Source: Myxococcota bacterium
GTDB lineage: Bacteria > Myxococcota > JACRCW01
DNA: 27,464 bases
NCBI GenBank assembly: GCA_040752415.1
Contig: JBFMGU010000142.1
Location: 1-27,464, forward strand
Reading direction: 5' to 3'
Below are positions 24,653 through 27,464 of the stretch, one piece after another. How positions within the stretch are numbered: the first letter of the stretch is position 1; every line of letters starts with the position of its first letter. The notes beneath the pieces were generated by a model, which did not search any database, was not told the DNA's origin, and saw nothing but the letters and a program-made list of their open reading frames with translations. A program made the translations under genes and the position numbers.

Positions 24653-26146
24653 ATGCGCTCAGGCTCGGTGATGGCGGTGGTGGCGTTGGCGTTGTTGGTG
24701 GGTTGCACCACGGGCGCCACGTCGGAGGATGACGGCGCGGGCCGCGACCGCGGTGGGAGCAGCGGGACCAGCGGGGTGGCGGGGAACAACAACGGCTCCT
24801 CGGGCGGGGCGAACAGCGCCTCCAACGGCGGGAGCGGCGCGGCCACCAACGGATCCACCTCCGGCAGCAGCGGCGGCTCCACCAGCGACGACAGCGGCAG
24901 CAACGGCGGCAGCACCAGCGTCGTCGACTCCAGCGGGGCCAGCACCGGCAGCGGCGGCACCAGCGGGGAGACGTCGGGGAGCACCAGCGGGGACCCGGGC
25001 AGCACCAGTGGCGCGGCCAGCACGTCGTCGGGTGGGACCAGCAGTGGTGCAGTGAGCACGTCTTCGTCGTCCTCGTCGTCGTCGGGTGGGGTGGCCATCC
25101 TGGCGGCGGATCCGTCCAGCGTTGACTTCGGTCAGCTGCCGCAGAACGGAACCGCTACGCGCAACATCCGCCTGCGCAACATCAGCGGACAGATGGTTCG
25201 CCTGGGCACCGTGACCACCACCACCAGCCCCGCCGACGGCGCCACGATCTCCCCCTCCATTGACGGCACGGTGCTGGGCGCCGACGGGGAGATCTACTTC
25301 GACGTCACCTGGACGCAGCTCGGCAGCGACCAGTTCGGATCCGTCTCGATCCCGGTGCAGGACGCCAACGGCTACCACCTGGACATCCCGCTCTACGGGA
25401 CCCAGGAGCTTCCTCCGCCCAACTGCACCTGCCCCTCCGCGCTTACGCCCAATCCGCTGGACACCATCACGCTCACCGCCACGTGCTCCGACCCCAACGA
25501 GGAGATCACCGGCTACCGCTGGCTCGTCGAGTCACGCCCGGCCGGCAGCACCTCCGAGCCCACGCCCAACAACGAGCTGACGACGGACTTCTTCGTCGAC
25601 CTGGCCGGAGACTACGTGTTCCGCTTCCAGGCGCTGCAGGCGCGCGGGGATGCGCTGACGTCGTGCACGGTGGCCGCGCACGCGGTTCCGCCCCAGGACC
25701 TGCACATCCAGCTGGTCTGGGACGTGGACACCAGCGACGTCGACATGCACCTGCTGGGCCCCTCTGGCGGCAACTGGTTCTCCAGTCCCGCGGACTGCTA
25801 CTTCAGCAACCGCAACCCGGAGTGGTCCGTCGCCGGCAATGCCAATGACAACCCCAGCCTGGACATCGACGACACCGACGGGTTCGGGCCCGAGAACATC
25901 AACGTGGTCTCACCGGCCAATGGCAGCTACCAGATTGGCGTGCACTACTGGTGCGACGACGGCCTCACCACGCCCACGGTGGCCACGGTGCGCGTGTTCT
26001 GCAACGGCACGCTCCGCCGTGAGTTCCAGCGCACGCTCTCCGACAGCCGGCAGTGGTGGCTCGTTGGCAGCGTGGATTGGCCCAGCTGCAACATCACCGA
26101 GGACACCACGCCCACCGGGACGTTCGACCGCGGCTGCTCGTTGTAG
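24653..26146 (+). CDS. Lipoprotein: Gly/Ser linker, ASH/Ig-like domain, PKD-like domain and YfaP/DUF2135-like C-terminal domain
   Basis: GGAGG RBS; lipobox LLVGC; PSSVDFG...IRLRN.SG; SDP...YRW...RPAGS...F.VDLAGDY; LHIQLVWD...DVDMHL...P...LDIDDTDGFGPENI...GSYQIGVHYW. Confidence 0.82.
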   Translation: MRSGSVMAVVALALLVGCTTGATSEDDGAGRDRGGSSGTSGVAGNNNGSSGGANSASNGGSGAATNGSTSGSSGGSTSDDSGSNGGSTSVVDSSGASTGSGGTSGETSGSTSGDPGSTSGAASTSSGGTSSGAVSTSSSSSSSSGGVAILAADPSSVDFGQLPQNGTATRNIRLRNISGQMVRLGTVTTTTSPADGATISPSIDGTVLGADGEIYFDVTWTQLGSDQFGSVSIPVQDANGYHLDIPLYGTQELPPPNCTCPSALTPNPLDTITLTATCSDPNEEITGYRWLVESRPAGSTSEPTPNNELTTDFFVDLAGDYVFRFQALQARGDALTSCTVAAHAVPPQDLHIQLVWDVDTSDVDMHLLGPSGGNWFSSPADCYFSNRNPEWSVAGNANDNPSLDIDDTDGFGPENINVVSPANGSYQIGVHYWCDDGLTTPTVATVRVFCNGTLRREFQRTLSDSRQWWLVGSVDWPSCNITEDTTPTGTFDRGCSL

Positions 26147-26163
26147 GCCAAGCGGGTCCCCGC

Positions 26164-26538
26164 TCAGACGCGCAGCAGTCGGACGGAAGGGAACCGGACC
26201 TGGAGCTTCTGCAAGTCCCCGATGTCGGACGTGTACACGATGTCGCCCCGTCGCGCGGCCGAGGCCATGACGATGGTGTCAACCACGCTCGCGCCGGCGA
26301 CGGCTCCGAGCGCTTCCCCCACCCGCAACGCGAGCGCCTCATCCAGCGGTTCAATGTCGACCGCCGCGAGCAGACGCGTGGCAACGGCGTTGGGACTGCG
26401 CCACCACTCTGCGACCACGGCGGTGGGGACGGTGATGCGGACCCGCGCCTCCCAGGCCCGGGCCACGACCTTGGACATCCGTGGTTGGCGGCGCTCCAAG
26501 GCGATCAGCGCGCCGGTATCAAAGGTCAGGCCTTCCAT
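26164..26538 (-). CDS. PIN-domain toxin (VapC-like)
   Basis: LTFDTGALIA, VVAE, VVD and YTSD..D acidic catalytic set; 124 aa; overlaps the antitoxin end by 13 nt. Confidence 0.88.
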   Translation of the reverse strand: MEGLTFDTGALIALERRQPRMSKVVARAWEARVRITVPTAVVAEWWRSPNAVATRLLAAVDIEPLDEALALRVGEALGAVAGASVVDTIVMASAARRGDIVYTSDIGDLQKLQVRFPSVRLLRV

Positions 26539-26750
26539 TCGGCGTCGATGGCGGTGCGCTCCGCATCCGTGAGCCTGGCAGCGTCCCCGAGCTCTCGCAC
26601 GAGCTCCTCACGAGCTTCCACTTGTCGCATGAGCCGTGCCGCTTCCGAGAACACCGCGGACAGCGTACGACCACTCCGTCGAGCCCGACGGCGCAGCCAT
26701 TTCAGGTCCTCTGCGTCGAGGGAGACACTGACCTTCGCGACCTTTCTCAT
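26526..26750 (-). CDS. Ribbon-helix-helix antitoxin (VapB/CopG-like)
   Basis: MRKVAKVSVSLD...L...ARRSGRTLSAVFSEAAR (beta-alpha-alpha pattern) with an acidic C-terminus; 74 aa; directly upstream of the PIN gene. Confidence 0.82.
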   Translation of the reverse strand: MRKVAKVSVSLDAEDLKWLRRRARRSGRTLSAVFSEAARLMRQVEAREELVRELGDAARLTDAERTAIDAEWKA

Positions 26751-26757
26751 GCCTGCA

Positions 26758-26775
26758 TTCCTACCAAGGTGGGAA
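26758..26775. promoter_or_regulatory. Imperfect palindrome TTCCTACC-AA-GGTGGGAA, candidate TA operator
   Basis: 8-bp arms with one mismatch, 7 nt upstream of the antitoxin ATG. On the minus strand it lies within TTGCCG-N17-TAGGAA. Confidence 0.55.
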
Positions 26776-26825
26776 CGACGCGGCAAACACCGCACCGCTT
26801 GGGGCGCAGGGCGCCGCACATGGAT

Positions 26826-27464
26826 TCACCCTTCGCCGCCCCTGGTCCTGGTTTCCGGAATCGGCCGCCCAAGGAAGGTGAGCACCGCCTTGAGGTCTTC
26901 CCACACCGGCCGCTTCTGACGGGGATCCCGCAGCAGGTACGCCGGGTGGAACGTGGGCATCAATGGGATGCCTTCATAACGCTGCCAGGTTCCGCGCAGG
27001 CGCGTGATGGGCGTGGTGCTCTTCGTCAGCGTCCACGCCGCGTGCTTGCCCAGCGTCACGATCACCTTGGGCTTGATGACCTGCAGCTGCTTCACCAAGT
27101 ATGGCTCGCAGGCCTGGACCTCGTCGGGCTCGGGGTCGCGGTTGTTGGGCGGCCGGCACTTCACCACGTTGCAGATGTACACGTCCTCCCGCGCCAGCCC
27201 CATGCCCTTGATCATCTGGGTGAGGAGCTGACCCGCCTTCCCGACGAACGGCTCGCCCTGCATGTCTTCGTCGGCGCCCGGGCCCTCACCCACGAACACG
27301 ATCTCCGCGCCCGGGTTTCCGACGCCAAAGACGATGTTGGTCCGCCCCTCACAGAGCTTGCACCGACGACAATCCCCCAGCTCCTCGCGGATGACGCGGA
27401 GGCCCTCGGCGCCGGGCGGCAGGGAGGTCTGCGCGTGCTGCGCGGCGGGGGGCGGGGCTGCGGT
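26826..27464 (-). CDS. Uracil-DNA glycosylase family 4 (Fe-S), 5' end outside the window
   Basis: Frame open to the edge: CRRCKL...VFGVGNP...[11 protein letters not shown]...[23 protein letters not shown] and [10 protein letters not shown]. Confidence 0.95.
   Translation of the reverse strand, partial: TAAPPPAAQHAQTSLPPGAEGLRVIREELGDCRRCKLCEGRTNIVFGVGNPGAEIVFVGEGPGADEDMQGEPFVGKAGQLLTQMIKGMGLAREDVYICNVVKCRPPNNRDPEPDEVQACEPYLVKQLQVIKPKVIVTLGKHAAWTLTKSTTPITRLRGTWQRYEGIPLMPTFHPAYLLRDPRQKRPVWEDLKAVLTFLGRPIPETRTRGGEG

Noticed and set aside
24502..25098. Apparent acidic/Pro-rich N-terminal extension of the FAD enzyme
   Set aside because: Mostly antisense read-through of the divergent lipoprotein's linker; the enzyme's recognisable sequence starts near 24501.

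Overview
High-GC bacterial window, Myxococcota-like by gene content (inference), with about 23 genes and no RNA genes, CRISPR array or IS element visible. The left 17 kb is a cell-surface locus. A fimU-pilV-pilW-pilX minor type IV pilin operon has an unusually large, Cys-rich PilX (about 678 aa) and no adjacent pilY1. It is surrounded by GT-C-type membrane glycosyltransferases: a YfhO-like gene (partial), an ArnT/PMT-like gene, an apparent fusion of two GT-C modules, and an O-antigen-ligase/O-OTase-like protein with TPR helices. Further on are purD, a membrane protein and a WbpA/WecC-like nucleotide-sugar dehydrogenase that is bracketed by a duplicated intergenic motif. The window also holds three lipoproteins with long Ser/Gly/Thr linkers. 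The right part carries an alkyl-DHAP-synthase-like FAD enzyme in a GlcDEF-like three-gene operon, an RHH-PIN toxin-antitoxin pair with a palindromic operator candidate, and a partial family-4 uracil-DNA glycosylase. The best candidate for a new system is a pilus-tip module lacking a neighbouring PilY1, with a giant PilX adhesin, set within an extracytoplasmic glycosylation island. All calls come from motif recognition by eye; no searches were run.
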